Shown in pieces: positions 12,811-26,374 of a DNA stretch of 64,000 nucleotides; the first letter of the stretch is position 1; every line of letters begins with the position of its first letter. Position numbers and translations under genes: made by a program. The notes under the pieces are model-generated. The model did no database searches. It saw only the letters and a list, made by a program, of their open reading frames with translations, and was not told the DNA's origin. This DNA is from Octopus sinensis. Lineage: Eukaryota. Where the stretch lies: the NCBI RefSeq assembly GCF_006345805.1, contig NC_042997.1:159092001-159156000 (forward strand), in the 5' to 3' direction.

Positions 12811-13707
12811 GCAACACATACACACCTGAACTCTCACTGAATCTAAATTTGTATGCCTGTATGCTCTTCAAATGACTTTAAACACCAGACGTATGGAGAA
12901 ACAGAATTGCTTTTCTTGTCGACCAAACTTTCGATCATTTTCTCTCGCTTCCCTATAATATCACATTAGCGTCAGGAAAGTCGATTTGCTCATTCATTAG
13001 AGCGTCGGACGAATTAAATGCCTTACAATATTTGTTCCAGCTATTTGGGATCTGAGTTCAAATCTCGTTGAAGTCAAGTTCATTTTTCCCTTTCATAATT
13101 CCAAGGTCGAATAATATATATTTTCAGTCAAGTATTGGCAGTAGATTTAATCATCTGCTGCTCTGTACCAATACACAATGGACTAGTATAGTAAAATAAA
13201 ACCTAAATCTCCGCCTAACCGAAGGTCTCCGATAACAGATGGAATGACACAAACGTTGATTTACATTACCGTCATATCAATATTCTATATCTGTAACACT
13301 CTATATTGCAGCCAACACAACGCACACACACTCTGCTATCCACTTACACCTACACAATCTGTTTGTCTCTCTAAAAGGGACCACATCACACAGGATAACA
13401 TAAAAACAAAAATACTTTTTGCCACTGTCCTCAACATTGTTGTTGTCATCTGTATTGTTGTTTTTGTGCTTGTTGTTGCTGCTGTCACTGCTGTTGTTTT
13501 TGCCTTTGTTACTGTTGTTGTTGTTTTCTGTGTAATAGTTTGTTCGTATGCCATAGATCAATAATGGTTTTATAGCACCCGATAACGATACAGAAATAGC
13601 AATATTCATATCTCATTAACTCTATGACACTCACATCTTTCATGCTGCTTCTATTTTATCTTACTTTGTATGACATTTTAGCTTGCATGATAGTTTGCAT
13701 TACCAGC

Positions 13708-13761
<54 letters not shown>

Positions 13762-14169
13762 TTTGTTGGATAAATAGCTCGGATCTAAATGTACCACAGG
13801 ACTCCGACCGAGTAACTAACTTAAGAAGATATATTCTCAAAACGACAAAAAATAACTATGAATTTACTACATCATGAAAAAATAAATAATGAACACAAAA
13901 CAACTCAGAAATATAAAACCATTGAAAGAGTAATCCACAAAGATAGAACTTACATGTGTAAAACGAGTGAAGTGAATAAGGAAACACGACATATGCAAAC
14001 TCTAGAACATCTACAGATTACAGATAAAAACAAAAGAAGGAATCGTAAAAAGCTAAATCCATGGTCAATAGCAGAGAAGTTTTCCTGTGGGACTTCCTGG
14101 CGCCTAAATTTTTCTGGCGCTGATACCTTTAACCGATATGTTGAAGAACATTGAATTCGGATACAAATA

Positions 14170-15270
14170 CAATAGTAGAACAATTAACCAGCTTTTCTAT
14201 ATGAACAATCTGAAGATGAATGCTGCAAATCATAATATAAAGCATCAGATGCAACATGGATATATCACTATGGGAATTTATATGAGATCCAGGTTTGGAA
14301 AATGCACCGAGACAACCTTAGAGAGAGAGTGGAAAATTAAGAACAGTAATATCAGATAGAAAAATAAACTAAGATAAGAGAAGAATTAGACTAGACACAG
14401 ACACGTGAATACTTAGAAATCAATGAATTATGCAGTGTACGACACACACAAATGAAAAGTATTGGAAAACAATATTAAAGACGCAGTAGATTAATATTTA
14501 AACAGAGCTAAATTTAAAAAGTAACGTAAGAGACATCAACATTTTAGCTCTCTCAGAAATAAGTTATAGCTCTAATATTCTTAATTAGAAGTTAAGCGAA
14601 CACAGCACCACTAATCTGATAAAGAAAATCTATATTTACCAAAATGCCAGAAATTAGGGATCTTTGGCAATTACAAAACTACTGTAAAATATCAAGCGTT
14701 GGCCCACAAAAATCTCAGTAAAGAATAATGGAAAATTAATACAAATATCTACGAAATACAATCAAAACATGAATGTTTTGTATCTACTAGGAAACCTTTA
14801 AATACAAAACAAATACTAAAATGACAGACGGTTATAAAAAGCAGGAGAAACGACAACAGAAGTTACAAAATCCATAAAATATAAGCTAAAATTTGGGGTA
14901 CAGAATGCCATGAGAATACAAAGACAAGAAAAGTTTTTTCATAAACAATAATTTGATGGTAATACACAGTAACAGGGTGGTAATACAGAACGAAAAGTCG
15001 CAACACTTGATCAGAATCAGGACTTAGAGATGGGATTGAAAGGTTTTGAGTTCTACGCAGGATCAAAGCCTCTTCCAAAATCCATCAAAAACATGTTATG
15101 AAGCAGGATATGTGACGATATAGAAAATAATTACATTGTCTCCAACTTTCTAGTCTTAACCAAAAAAGTATACATCCACAAGCATGACAGCCTTGAGCCT
15201 TCCAAACACAGGAGTTTATCTCAACATTATGAAGTACCTATGAAATAGATACTGTATAGGCATATACTAA
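14170..15270 (+). mobile_element. Heavily decayed R4/Dong non-LTR retrotransposon
   Basis: Remnant motifs in order: NQLFYMNNLK (YMDDLK), a FGLxKC-like stretch, EG..AQDQSL, YIHKHD. Lies downstream of a (TAA)n array. Confidence 0.65.
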
Positions 15271-15592
15271 AAGCTAACATTGGTTGTTTTGCTTGCGTAA
15301 TTGTTATTCATTTGTTAATATTTTTCTGTACTGACTTTTGTTCAATATCATTCAATATTTTGGGGTTGTTTTTACATAAATTTTTCATCGAGACATGGAC
15401 ATTACTGTCTTTCTTGTGGCTGCCATTGGAAGAGCCATATTAAATAAGTTGTAAACAAAGAGTTTTAAGAATATTATATTTATGTATATACGTTAGAGAC
15501 AGAGCTTCCATCAACCGGGTTAATTCTGCACTCCTGATAAACAAATGCTGCACATCTCTCAGGAATACTTGATGAATTTATTGAACAAAACG

Positions 15593-15651
15593 TAGTAGTA
15601 GTAGTAGTAGCAGTAGTAGTAGTAGTAGTAGTATAGTAGTAGTAGTAGTAC

Positions 15652-15712
<61 letters not shown>

Positions 15713-15770
15713 GGTGGTGGTGGTGGTGGTGGTGGTGGTAGTGGTGGTGGTGGTGGTTGTTGTTGTTGTA
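15593..15770. repeat. (TAG)n(TGG)n(TTG)n compound microsatellite
   Basis: Direct reading. Confidence 0.95.
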
Positions 15771-16306
15771 ATAGTAAGCTTGCTGCGACAGTGCAATGGA
15801 ACTGTTGCAAGAAATTTGCTTTTGAATGCACAGAAAAAAGCTGCAATCATTTCAAAGGTAAACAATGAAGGGAGATTATTGTAGGATGTTCTTATACAAA
15901 CAAAATGAAGAACAGAACACAACAGTCTGCAGTCATTGACACGAAAAAAAAATGTAAAACAGGAAAGTAAAGCATTATACCCATTTGAAGACGAAAATCC
16001 TCAAGTGCTGGAACAAAGAAGATTAATAAATTCCTGATTCTGTGTTAGAAACAGTGACAAAAATATCTGAAAACAAACCTTATAAAACTTGATCTTTGCC
16101 TAGGAGAAGGTGCTATGCAGGAAGCGTGTCTGTTAAGTCCAACAAAAATTATCCGAAATGTCCTTACTACAATGCAAACCTAAGGAATGATAGAAAGAGT
16201 AGCAAAACTTTTCTACAGATAATATAAACTGCTCTTCGTCCCTGATCAAAAACTGTGGTTCTGTAGATGGAATAGCACCAATTCCGCGACACAAAAGAAA
16301 ATGATG

Positions 16307-16350
<44 letters not shown>

Positions 16351-16435
16351 TAATAATAACAACAACAACAACAACAACACCAACAACAACAACAGCAACA
16401 ACAACAACAACAACAACAACAGCAATAATAATAAT

Positions 16436-17717
16436 GATATGCCGGAACAAAAAAAGCTGTAGATGGAGATGCAGATGAACTAAAGATCAACTGTTGATAG
16501 ACAAAATGGTAATGCAAGATTGTTAACGAAGGAGAACAAATCTAGGAATGGCCTGGATTGACTATCACAAAGCTTATGATATGATTCCACATTCGTGGAT
16601 CACCGATTGCTTAGATCTGTGTGGAATTGCGAGGAATGTAACGTGTTTCCTGAAGAGAAGTATGGTGGGATGGAAAACTGAACTGACATTTTACGAAAAA
16701 AGCTTAGACCTGACCTTGGTACACAGGAGAATGAACCTGGGGTATCAACTAAAGAAAATATCCCAAACAATCAACCACCACTTCTTCATGGATGATTTGA
16801 AACTGTATGGCAACGATGAGACACAAGTGAGTTCCTTTGTGAACACGGTCCACTCTTTTAGTGCTGATATTAGAATGGAATTTGGACTCAAGAAGTGCGG
16901 AGTAATCTAGCTAAAACGAGGCACGGTACAATCCCTTGCAGAGATAAAATTACCGAAAAGAAGCTTGATTAAGTAAGATGAAACGGAAGGATACATATAT
17001 CTTGGCGTACTACAGGATGAGGATGGAGTTTTTCCGAAGACTGAGGTTGGTGTTGCGTTCAAAATTGACTGGATGGAATAAAATTCAAGTAGTTAATACA
17101 TGGTGATAGCATCTCTTCGATATGCAGCGGGAATTGTAAAATGGCAAAAGAGAGAATGAAGGAAATAGATAGCAAGACCAGAAAAATGTTGACAGTACAC
17201 GGAGCTTTCCAACCTAAGAGTGACACCGGTAGGCTGTACTTGTCCAAAATAAAGGGTGGGAGAGATTTGATCAGTTGCTAGTATTGTATCGAAGCAGAGG
17301 AAAACAGCTTAGGATAGTATATAAAAAATGCCGTGGAGCCACTGATGAAACACACGAAGACCGACGTCATCAAAACTGAAAATTGTGTAGCTAAAGAAAA
17401 ACTTAAACAAGAAATTAACAACAACAACAAAAATATAGGAGATAAAGAAAATGGTCAGTTTGCAAAAGATGTGAATGCCAAGAGAAAGATATTAGCTTCA
17501 AAGCTGAATGCCAGAAGCATAATTTCGGCAATAAACTCGCACGCAGTCGCAGTATTTTGGTATGCCACTGGCATCCTAAAGTGGTCACTCTATTCCAATT
17601 TCCTTTATATTCCTCTTGATGCCTTCTGATACTGTTTCCAAGGACCCAGCAATAACTGGCACTATCTTTACCTTCTTCATTTTCCATAACCGAGCTATTT
17701 CATACTTAAGAGAGTTG

Positions 17718-17788
<71 letters not shown>

Positions 17789-18131
17789 TCGCCTTCCTTC
17801 TTGACTATTCGTGGGTCAAAGGGGCATACAACCTCAACTATATAGCATATGTAGTGCACCTTGTCCCCCACCACTAGGTCCGGTATGTCATGCTCTAGCA
17901 CCTGATCTGTTTGGATTGGGAAGTCCCAGAGTATTTTGCTAGTCTCTGGCTCTGCCAGTCTCTGCGGTTTGTGTTCATACCACATCATAACAGAGAACAG
18001 TTACAAAAACGTCTCCTTGGCACGGCCAGAATAATCAGGTAAATATCAGATAGCTGAAAAAAACGAATAGCATGGTACCGTATGCTACGCATGCAAGACT
18101 CCAGGAGCTCCAACAAAACCTGTGATAAAGA

Positions 18132-18135
<4 letters not shown>
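16436..18135 (+). mobile_element. R4/Dong non-LTR retrotransposon fragments with an inverted RLE segment (17586-17988)
   Basis: RT motifs AWIDYHKAYDMIPHSWI, FMDDLKLYG and MEFGLKKCG on +. RLE WYEHKP..ILWDFPIQTD..PDLVV..EKIDR on -. Terminal LLGTARIIR on +. Flanked by (TAA)n. Confidence 0.85.
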
Positions 18136-18176
<41 letters not shown>

Positions 18177-18234
18177 TAATAATAATAATAAAATAATAAT
18201 AATAATGAGGATGATGATGATGATGATGATGATG

Positions 18235-18291
<57 letters not shown>

Positions 18292-18293
<2 letters not shown>

Positions 18294-18810
18294 TGATCTT
18301 AACTGATTGGAAGTGTTATCATGTACATTGTTTTGTCTTGGTATAAAAGATGGGCTACAGCAAATATTCTGCTCAATACCACAGATTTGCTTGTCAGTTG
18401 TTTGACCTTAACCAGTTCAGCATGTCTCTTAGTGGCTGACGATATGTGCATCTCTGATCACGAGCAGAAGTAGTGGGGGAGCATCATAGCCATGTGTTGA
18501 GAGGGATTCTTTGGGGTTTGAATAATTCACCTCTGGAAACATGGGTGGTTCTTTCAACATCCTTAAACAACCCTTATTCAGGGACCTTTTGAGCGGGATG
18601 GGCCACTCAACCTGAAGAAAATTCTAACTGGGCCCCACCTGCAAGGTCATGTGCTGTTTATCTTGATATGAGATCACCATGTCGCGCACATATGGTTGTG
18701 ATGCATGTGCCTGGTGTACCTTTATCAGACGGGTAGTCATGATGGGTATATTGGGCTTCGTATATTTTACCCCAGTGTCATTTTGATGGCATGAACTGCT
18801 CTCTCACTCA
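18292..18810 (+). mobile_element. Non-coding retroposon segment (probably a Dong-type 3' UTR or SINE) inserted in (TAA)n
   Basis: A ~520-bp block of higher GC between (TAA)n arrays, ending CTCTCACTC(AAT)n. Confidence 0.55.
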
Positions 18811-19159
18811 ATAATAATAATAATAATGATTATCATCACCGATATTATTATTTTAATTTTTTTTACTACCATTTGTCATTGTTAATATTTCCTCTGATCT
18901 TACATGAGAAACTTGGCTAAAGTATTATTATTATGAATAGATTAAATTCCACAAGCCTGTAAGTAGATTCAGCAGACGGTGAAGAGATTAGCAATGGACA
19001 TTCCTGTGCAATAAGGAGACAAAAACGGCCTCACACTCTTGGGGTCAGCAGAGGTAAAATGTGTTTCCTATTACTATCGATCAATGAGAACGCTGGCCTT
19101 GGCCTTGGAAAGAACCAATTCACCTTGTTCTATTTTTAATTACTGATTGAAAAAATGAT

Positions 19160-19237
<78 letters not shown>

Positions 19238-19480
19238 GTAAGGTATAAGTTAGAGGTGTTAAGCCCTCTAAGGGATAGAAGTATTGAGAGGCGCTCCTGG
19301 TAATTACCTCAGTTAATATGGTCCTTGATGTAAGGCAGCAGGTAATTTAAGAGGTAAACCGTAGTCTAATGTATATATATATAGTCGATAAGAAAATGGA
19401 GGAAAAACAGCAAGTAGAAGTGTGTCTGTGGTGCTAAAAAGCCATTATTTAATTAATTAAACAAGGTGAGGGTAAGTGTA

Positions 19481-19560
19481 AATTTACAGCTGTTTCTGTG
19501 TACCATAGTTGAGGCAAATATGTATTTACTTTATTGCAAATAGCAGACGTCATCAGAACA
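19481..19560 (-). ncRNA. Hammerhead motif with weak stems I and II, in a (TA)n-adjacent element
   Basis: Minus strand: tgtt CTGATGA ...aca GAAA CAGCTG TA aatt. Core and palindromic stem III are intact. Confidence 0.55.
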
Positions 19561-20290
19561 AAGAAGGCAGAGATAGACAAAGAGGAGGATAGAGTGAAAG
19601 ACAGAGGGTGAAATCGGAAAAGAAAATGTTCAATGATTTGAAGTCTTACATTTTAGTTGTGTTCAAAGTTCATTAAATTCATTGTGAGGTAGTTGAAGAA
19701 TAGAGGATGGTTGAATCCGAAGTCTCGTAGTTAGTATATTATCGTGGTTAGTTATTGACTTCCACGTGTCTGCCTGTTCAACTAGTTGACCGCCGGTGTA
19801 ATCTGAGGGGATTATCCCTAATAAGGGATATCTGGTATAGTTAATAGGAGCTTTGTGTCACTATAGGTTGTGGGTAGTTCGTATATTTGCAGAGGCAGTC
19901 GTAAATGAGGGTAAAGTTTATATCTAGCAGGAGTGCAATTAAGTGCGTAAGGACAAAATGGCGGAATAATATTTAGGCTTGAGGAGTGCAAACAAAAAAA
20001 TCAAATACCTAGGCTTAGAACATTATACAAATAACCGGAAGAACATAAATTCCCAAGACAATTATTACAACACTAACCACATTCCAAACGAAACTAATAA
20101 CCACATTAACAATATGAACAACATAGATAAGGTTAATACCAATAATATCAACAACAAAAAAACTGTAGAAATAATGCTAAGATTCAAACTAAGATAACTA
20201 ACAACATTAAAATTAATAACAAAGTTAATACCAACAATGGGAAAATTAATAAAATCAAGAATACTAAATACTAAAACAATACTAAAACTA

Positions 20291-20376
<86 letters not shown>

Positions 20377-20377
<1 letters not shown>

Positions 20378-21500
20378 CTACTATAAAATAACCACCATAG
20401 GACTGCAAAAATACCTACTTCAGAAGGAAGGAAAACTGATCCAGATAGCAGCAAAACACGAGCAAAACAAAAAACTGTTCTCAGTATTTAAGGAAGCTGA
20501 CAAATACAAACAAGAAATCATACCACCTAATAAACACAAAGAAGAAGAAGAAGATGATGAAGAAACAACAAAAGCTATAAAACAAATGAAATCCAAACTA
20601 AAAATAGAACAGCAACGAGCCATGATAAAACGATGGCAAGAAAAACCCCTTCATGGTAAATACTGCACTAAACTAAACGCAAAAGAAATAGACAAAGAAA
20701 AATCCCAGCAATGGTTGAGAAGCTCAGGACTCAAAGCAGAAACAGAGGGATTTTTAATTGCAGCACAAGACCAAAGCCTCCCCACCAGAAATTACCAAAA
20801 ACATGTAATGAAAAGAAATATTACAAGTAACTGCAGAATATGTGGAGATGGACAAGAAACAATAAATCTTATTATCTCTAGCTGCCCAGTCCTGGCTAAG
20901 AAGGAATATATTCACAGACATGACAGAGTTGGAACCTACATACATTGGAAGCTATGCCAACATTATGGAATAACAACAGAAAAAATATGGTATAGGCACA
21001 CACCAAAAAAGGTCACAGAAAACGAGAAAGCAACCATACTCTGGGATATGCCGATACACACAGATAGAGAAATTAAGGCCAACATACCAGATATAGTTGT
21101 CAGAGATCATGAAGAAAAAAAATGCTTTCTAATTGATGTATCAATACCGGCAGATGATAACGTGTCTCTAAAAGAAATGGAGAAACTCTCAAAATACAAA
21201 GACCTGGAAATAGAGGTAACTAGAATGTGGAACCTGAAAACAGAAACAATTCCTATCATAGTAGGTGCATTAGGCATGATAAAAAAATATTCAGACAAAT
21301 ACATAACAAAAACACCAGGACTTACAAACACATATAACATACAGAAAATTGCACTACTAGGCACTGCACACATCCTACGCAGAACACTTTCCATACAATA
21401 ACCATCAGAGCATCACAACAAATCACAGTACATACCCAAGGCACACAGAGCTGCGCTCGGTAGTGAAGTGAAAGCACGCTATAAAAATAAAACTACTGAA
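20377..21500 (+). mobile_element. 5'-truncated R4/Dong retrotransposon inserted in (TAA)n
   Basis: Contains the RLE ORF below and a short 3' UTR ending AAACTACTG(AAT)n; (TAA)n on both sides. Confidence 0.92.
20586..21401 (+). CDS. R4/Dong C-terminal zinc-knuckle plus restriction-like endonuclease (partial TE ORF, 271 aa open)
   Basis: KPLHGKY, LKAETEGFLIAAQDQSL, CRICG..ETI..SSC, YIHRHD, ILWD, PDIVV, IDVS, EKLSKY, LLGTAHILR. Confidence 0.85.
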   Translation: MKSKLKIEQQRAMIKRWQEKPLHGKYCTKLNAKEIDKEKSQQWLRSSGLKAETEGFLIAAQDQSLPTRNYQKHVMKRNITSNCRICGDGQETINLIISSCPVLAKKEYIHRHDRVGTYIHWKLCQHYGITTEKIWYRHTPKKVTENEKATILWDMPIHTDREIKANIPDIVVRDHEEKKCFLIDVSIPADDNVSLKEMEKLSKYKDLEIEVTRMWNLKTETIPIIVGALGMIKKYSDKYITKTPGLTNTYNIQKIALLGTAHILRRTLSIQ

Positions 21501-21520
21501 TAATAATAATAATAATAATA

Positions 21521-21561
<41 letters not shown>

Positions 21562-21562
21562 A

Positions 21563-21668
<106 letters not shown>

Positions 21669-23184
21669 CAACAACAACAACAACGTCGACCCCAGTGCTT
21701 GACTAGTACTTATTTTATGGACCCCAAAAGTATGAAAGGTGAAATCGATCTCGGTGGCTTTGTTTTTCAATCGCTGTCTAATTTTGCACAAGGGTAACGG
21801 ATAGGGTGACATTACAAGGACACATTACAGAACGAGAAAAAAATAGGCCTGAACAACAAGAGATAGAAAATTTACAAATAAAAGAAAAATAGGTAATTCG
21901 TTTCACTGCTGCTTTGTGATCATTTGTTGTTGATTATCCTTGGGTATTTTGTTTTGTCAATAGTTCTATAATTACTACATATTCACACTAGCAAACGGAA
22001 CGCTGCTTCCTGTGTTGTGAGTATACGCACAACTGGAGTTACCGTTTCAGTTTTGTTTAATTGCATCTAAAGTATTTAAGCCGTGTCTAGTTGAGTTAAA
22101 TTTTGTATTGAATCTTGTTTACATAATGCCTGAAATGCTGGTTGCTTTATACTGGATTAGCTATATTTCCCAGTTCACTTATTAATAAGACTGTCTCTGA
22201 AGTTCTGGCTGCTACTCCCGTTTTTATTATTGTTGTTAAATCTTGATCGACGTTACATGAGAATTTCCTTGTCTGAGCTTTTAAAAACAAATAGCTGGTA
22301 ATAAAATGCTTGTTGAGTTTATTGACTTTCGTTTTTCAAAGTAAGAGGAGGAAGAAATTTCTCTTAAAGTTTTGCTTTCGTTCATGATGAGTGAAGTTTC
22401 ATATTTTACTACCTTCGCTGTTTAACAAATGGGCCTGATATATTACTAAAGACATTTGAAGTTAATGGGATGTACAAAGTGTCAGCTGGAAAGAAGACTA
22501 TTTCCTATATCATCAAAACAATGGCAGCAATATTATCAATGGCGGACTAACGTGTTCGGGTAAATCTTAACAGTAGTTATAAAATAGTGGAGAGCTTTAA
22601 CCAACAAAAGGTGATCCAACTCGGAATGTGGATAGTAATGGAAACAAGTGAGCCAAAAGGTAAAGATAACAAAAGACATTATATGTATTTAAAGAAAACT
22701 ATCTCGTAAAGTAAGCAATATATTTCACTGAGAATGTTACGTTACGAGAGTGAAAGACCAAAGAAAGGCAGAATATAAAGAAAACTGAACTGCCTGAAGA
22801 GACTACTAAAACTTTCTGTAAAAGTAAAATTCCGACACAATGATGACGAAACGCATTCTACGTATAGCTTTTTTTCTAAATTATGCTGAAATCATTGATC
22901 AACTACTTATGGCTTCACTGTGTAAGCGGAACTTCGGATACTCCAAGAAACTTCTGACATACCAGCAGGATCGCTGAGCACAACTTGTTAGATTTCGGAG
23001 TCAGTATAATATATTGGTTTCAAATTTTGGCACAAGGCCCGCAATTTCGGAGGAGGGCGTTAAATTATTAAAACCAGAATACACGCCAAACGCGCGCGCA
23101 CACACTCATACATCAATACATACATACTTACATACAAACATACATACAAACATACATAGAAGACATAGCCAGCCACTCATGATA

Positions 23185-23640
23185 ACAAGGAATGCTGGTG
23201 GAATGTCCCAGTGAAAACCTCAATAAAATGTAAACACAATAGACCTGATATAATGATTTGGGACAGAGAAGAAAAACTGGGGAAATCAGCTGACCAGTGG
23301 ATGTTAACATAAAGCTGAAGATCAGTAAAAAAGAGAATACCTACGCTGAACTATTGAGAAATCTGCAGTTACTCTATCCAGATTACAAGTTCAGGTTTAT
23401 ACCTGTAATTATTGGGGCATTGGGATATGTAATACACTGCCTATATACCAATATTGAGAAATTAGGCTTCTCAAAACCAGAAAAGATAAAGCTGATTCGA
23501 AGACTGCAGATCCAAGCCGTCACTGGAACAGTAATAATCTGTAAAACTTCGCACAAATTTATCATTTAAGTATATACGAGCATGTCTAGATATGCAAGTA
23601 TACGCATAAGACATACATTAAACAAAACATACAAATCTGC
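23185..23640 (+). mobile_element. 3' end of a second RLE (R4-like) LINE family, flanked by (CATA)n
   Basis: ECWWNVPV...HNRPDIMIWD...ENTYAELLRNLQLLYPDYKFRFIPVIIGALG; homologous to 41485-42240. Confidence 0.85.
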
Positions 23641-23685
23641 ACACATACATACATACATACATACATACATACATACATACATACA

Positions 23686-23719
<34 letters not shown>

Positions 23720-23874
23720 CATACATGCATGCATACACGAATACATACATGGTCATATATATACAAACATTTATTCATATCCCACCAAAAGTTCTCCCTC
23801 GCAAGCAAGCATGACTTAGCAGCACATATGATACTTTTACGTAATTTTAGATACATACACACACACATACACAT

Positions 23875-23927
<53 letters not shown>

Positions 23928-24001
23928 AGCAAAGTAGCTAGTTGTAAAATGTCAAGAAAAGATCAGAGTAGTTACTATACCAACCAGTCAAGTTAGTATA
24001 T

Positions 24002-24185
24002 ATACGACAGGTTTCTTTCAGTTTCCGTCTACCAAATCCACTCACAAGGCTTTGGTCGTCTCGAGGCTATTGTAGAAGACACTTGCCCAAGATCCCACGT
24101 AGTGGGACTGAACCCATGTGATTGTGAATCATGTGATTGTGAACCATGTGATTGTGAAGCAAGCTTCTTACCACACAGCCATGCT
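24002..24185 (-). mobile_element. SINE family A, 5' half
   Basis: Family match; internal 15-bp triplication CATGTGATTGTGAA. Confidence 0.85.
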
Positions 24186-24539
24186 CATAAAGTTTAAATT
24201 AGCACTTTCATACAAAGTGTAATCATTAGATTTCAAATGTGTTTAACTGACAGTTGAGTTCTTGACAACTTTAGTACCTCATAGAATGCTCCAACAAGCT
24301 GAATTTTTAGAATACCTTTTTGACCAATCCGCATGCATCATAAACATCCCGATTGCCAGGCGTACCAATATTCTATAACTTGTTTATATTTATATGCTAG
24401 AAATAGTTTTTAGTCCGCGTCATTAACTGGTTCTTATATTCTTGCTGCTATTTCCGTTCAGAACAGTTTTGAACATTTTGATAAACCGTTTTTCTTTTAT
24501 CTTTCTTCCAACCTCACTCGTGTCATGTAGCTGGTGGAA

Positions 24540-25234
24540 AGGGAACGTTCAATCTTAGTCACTGCATAAGATCATTCTCAGAGGAAACGCATGAATGGAT
24601 TGTATACAGTCAGACAGATATACAATGAGGACCAAGCAATCAACTGCATCACGTGGCAAAGATCACTTATTGTATGATGTACTGTGACACCACAAGCCTT
24701 CGATAACATAAAACAGACAATAGAGGGATAGCGCTGGACTCTTCAGTATGAAAACCTTGTATACAGAGGAACAGATCCGAGAGTGCAAATGCACAATCGA
24801 TGTTGATAAGCACGAGTCCCATACAACAGCGTCTTCACTTCGAACTTGCTGGAATTTGCTTAGCAGTCCAGTTATGAGTATGACCATTACCTGTATTGAA
24901 CCGCATAGGGACATCTACGTTAGCAAGTAACACGTGCACGGAAAATATCAATGATATCCATAACAAAAGGCAGATACGGGCGGTACGTTGCATTCTAGAG
25001 CAAAACACATAATTTTGCCTTGCTCTGCGATCACTTTGACTTCTTACTTGTGGCCCACTATGCACCTCTACTGGCAATGTCGATTTGATGGAAGGAATGA
25101 GCTAATGTACTGCATAAACATGCAATTACAATATTTAAAAAAATATTTCTGCAAGAAACTGTGGAAACCTCATCTACCGAAGTGAGCTAAAGTCCCACGG
25201 GCACCCTTCGACTTTTTGTATTCTCAAGGGTTAA
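24540..25234 (+). mobile_element. Probable piggyBac 3' remnant
   Basis: Ends ...CAAGGG|TTAA. Upstream RFDGRN and frameshifted YC/KTCN/RNC..H resemble the piggyBac Cys-rich tail. Confidence 0.5.
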
Positions 25235-25397
25235 TAATCACATGCTATTATTTATAGCTTCATGTGCTTCAATATCCACTGACCCACTAAAATTATTTCA
25301 CATCCTCTCGAAAGTTAATAAATTCTTATGGTGTCAACATATATTTGTGTGAATGTATATATATGTACACACACACACCACAAACACATATACACAC

Positions 25398-25458
<61 letters not shown>

Positions 25459-25539
25459 TGAGAAAGTTGGTTTGTGAAAGCACGTGGTTGAATATATAGA
25501 AAATAGTAAAAAGTGAAAAGTCTACAGAAGGCTTGTTTT

Positions 25540-26130
25540 AAAAGGTTAAAAAATATATATTGAGTCAATATGTCTGAAGAATATTATAAATTTTTTTCTT
25601 ACAATGACATAGTTTAGAAGAAATGACCGGTTTCGCGTTAGCTTTTCAAATTTCTTACGTCGTTATGTTTATGTTGAGAAGAGTTATCGTTATGTTTATG
25701 TTGAAGAGAGTTCTAGATAAGGGGAGGTAATAAGTGATTTCTTCCGGTGTAAAGGAGATAATCGCTTAAAATTTTTTGCCTTTCCTTTGGGGTGAATTCC
25801 TCTGTATAAGTATGTTGGAATGGTTAAGTCTGGGCTTGTACTTTTCAATGAAGAATGTTTCCTTGTTTAGTCTAATTTGTGTTGGTGTTCCGATAGCACA
25901 TTGGTAAAATGGAAAGATTAAAAATTGTGGTAGTAGTTGCTTTGCGCATTTCTCAATGTGCTCACTAAAAGGTATCATTTTGTATTCTGGGAATGCAATC
26001 TGTTGTCGATGCAGTGTGTATCTACGTCTGAGTGATAGTCCCGTGGATCCCACGTAGTCTTGGTGGCAGCCCGAGCATTTTATGACATAAATTATGTTTT
26101 CAGAGCCACAAGTAAAATCTAATTTTACTT
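25540..26130 (-). mobile_element. Penelope-like element 3' end: GIY-YIG endonuclease plus pLTR
   Basis: TCGSENIIYVIKCSGCHQDYVGSTG.SLRRR..LHRQQI...SEHIEKC...IFPFYQC...KETFFIEKYKPRLN, followed by a hammerhead and (TA)n. Confidence 0.88.
25618..25656 (-). ncRNA. Minimal type I hammerhead (2 core substitutions) in the PLE 3' region
   Basis: Minus strand: aagaaat TTGAAAA gc-taac-gc GAAA CCGG TC atttctt. Confidence 0.7.
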
Positions 26131-26322
26131 GTTGACATGGCCGTTAATCCAGGCACACTTTTGTTCAATCCATTTCCCCCCTCTTTGCCTGTTTCCTCTC
26201 CTCATTCTTTTCTGTATAAGAGCATATTCTTACAATTTTCCTGAACGTCAGATGAATACACCTTGTTTATTGTTCCTTCATCAATCTGTCATTTTTTTTG
26301 CTTTTTCTACAATTTTGAACCG

Positions 26323-26355
<33 letters not shown>

Positions 26356-26374
26356 TTATATATAGAGAGAAAGA

